This document shows positions 63,371-64,000 of a DNA stretch of 64,000 nucleotides, one piece after another. A model generated the notes under the pieces. That model saw nothing but the letters and a program-made list of their open reading frames with translations, did no database searches and was not told the origin of the DNA. The DNA is from Octopus sinensis (taxonomy: Eukaryota): NCBI RefSeq assembly GCF_006345805.1, contig NC_043007.1, positions 28,148,001 to 28,212,000 of the forward strand. Reading direction: 5' to 3'. The position numbers and the translations under genes were made by a program. Every line of letters begins with the position of its first letter. Position 1 is the stretch's first letter.

Positions 63371-64000
63371 ACTGCCCAGCTTCCTCCCGAAGAACGTAGG
63401 CCAGTAGAACAACAATGGAATAGCCAGAATGAGTAACCCGTTTGTGGGGCCAGACGGTGGGGTGTAATGATTGTCAGCTTGATTCGGGCTGCCGAATGGG
63501 AAGGGGGATAGAAACGCAAGATCTATTACAAACAATGAAAACCAAAGTGGATATTCGCTTCATTGGGAGCCGAATTCTTACTTTCCGGGTGTCTACTATA
63601 TTTGAGAATGTTTGTTTAAAATTCCAACGCTAAAAACCAAATAGTTCCGTTGGAATTTTAGAATTAAACACATAAAAAATTGAAGACCTCATCGCCTGGT
63701 TAACTTTATGATTAAAGTTTTTGCAAGTAACTTTTTTAAAATTTTTACTATATATATATATATATACCTTTTTTTAGTTTTTAAAAACTTATTATTTTTT
63801 TTGTAATGATTTTCTGCTGGTTTTAAACATTATTATAAACTAAATTAGAAAAAGAATGAAAAAAATAAATTAAAACGAATGATTTAATAATAAATATAAA
63901 AATATGTTTAAACGAAAAATGGCGTCAAAATATTTGCATTTCTGATGTTTAAAAATTACCTCCTCCTTGTCATATGATAATGTTATTGTTGTAATCATCA

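Overview
AT-rich eukaryotic genomic DNA dominated by microsatellites and decayed mobile elements. The SINE families and microsatellite content suggest an octopus/cephalopod genome (inference, not verifiable here). I find no host protein-coding gene I can support: almost all listed ORFs are microsatellite read-throughs, and the rest are transposon fragments or cannot be assigned. Identifiable content: a 5'-truncated CR1/L2-group LINE with RT (54881-56146); two RTE LINE 3' fragments; three L1/Tx1-type fragments (CCHC knuckle, zf-RVT, 3' end); mariner pieces including a MITE and a fold-back element; hAT pieces; a complete 298-bp non-autonomous Helitron plus a Pif1-type helicase fragment; three abundant tRNA-derived SINE families; and a 5S rRNA-derived sequence joined to a LINE-type tail. 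The most notable unexplained signal is at RNA level. At least four unrelated short repeat families carry minimal type I hammerhead-ribozyme folds (CUGANGA...GAAA...GUH, palindromic stem III), with inverted termini typical of Penelope-like elements, and one is fused to a Pol III tRNA-like head. A 3' stem-loop with compensatory changes is shared by the LINE, a tRNA-SINE and the 5S-headed element. A twin 15-bp hairpin cluster at about 59.9 kb remains unexplained. Coordinates were counted by hand; SINE boundaries are approximate to about 10 bp.
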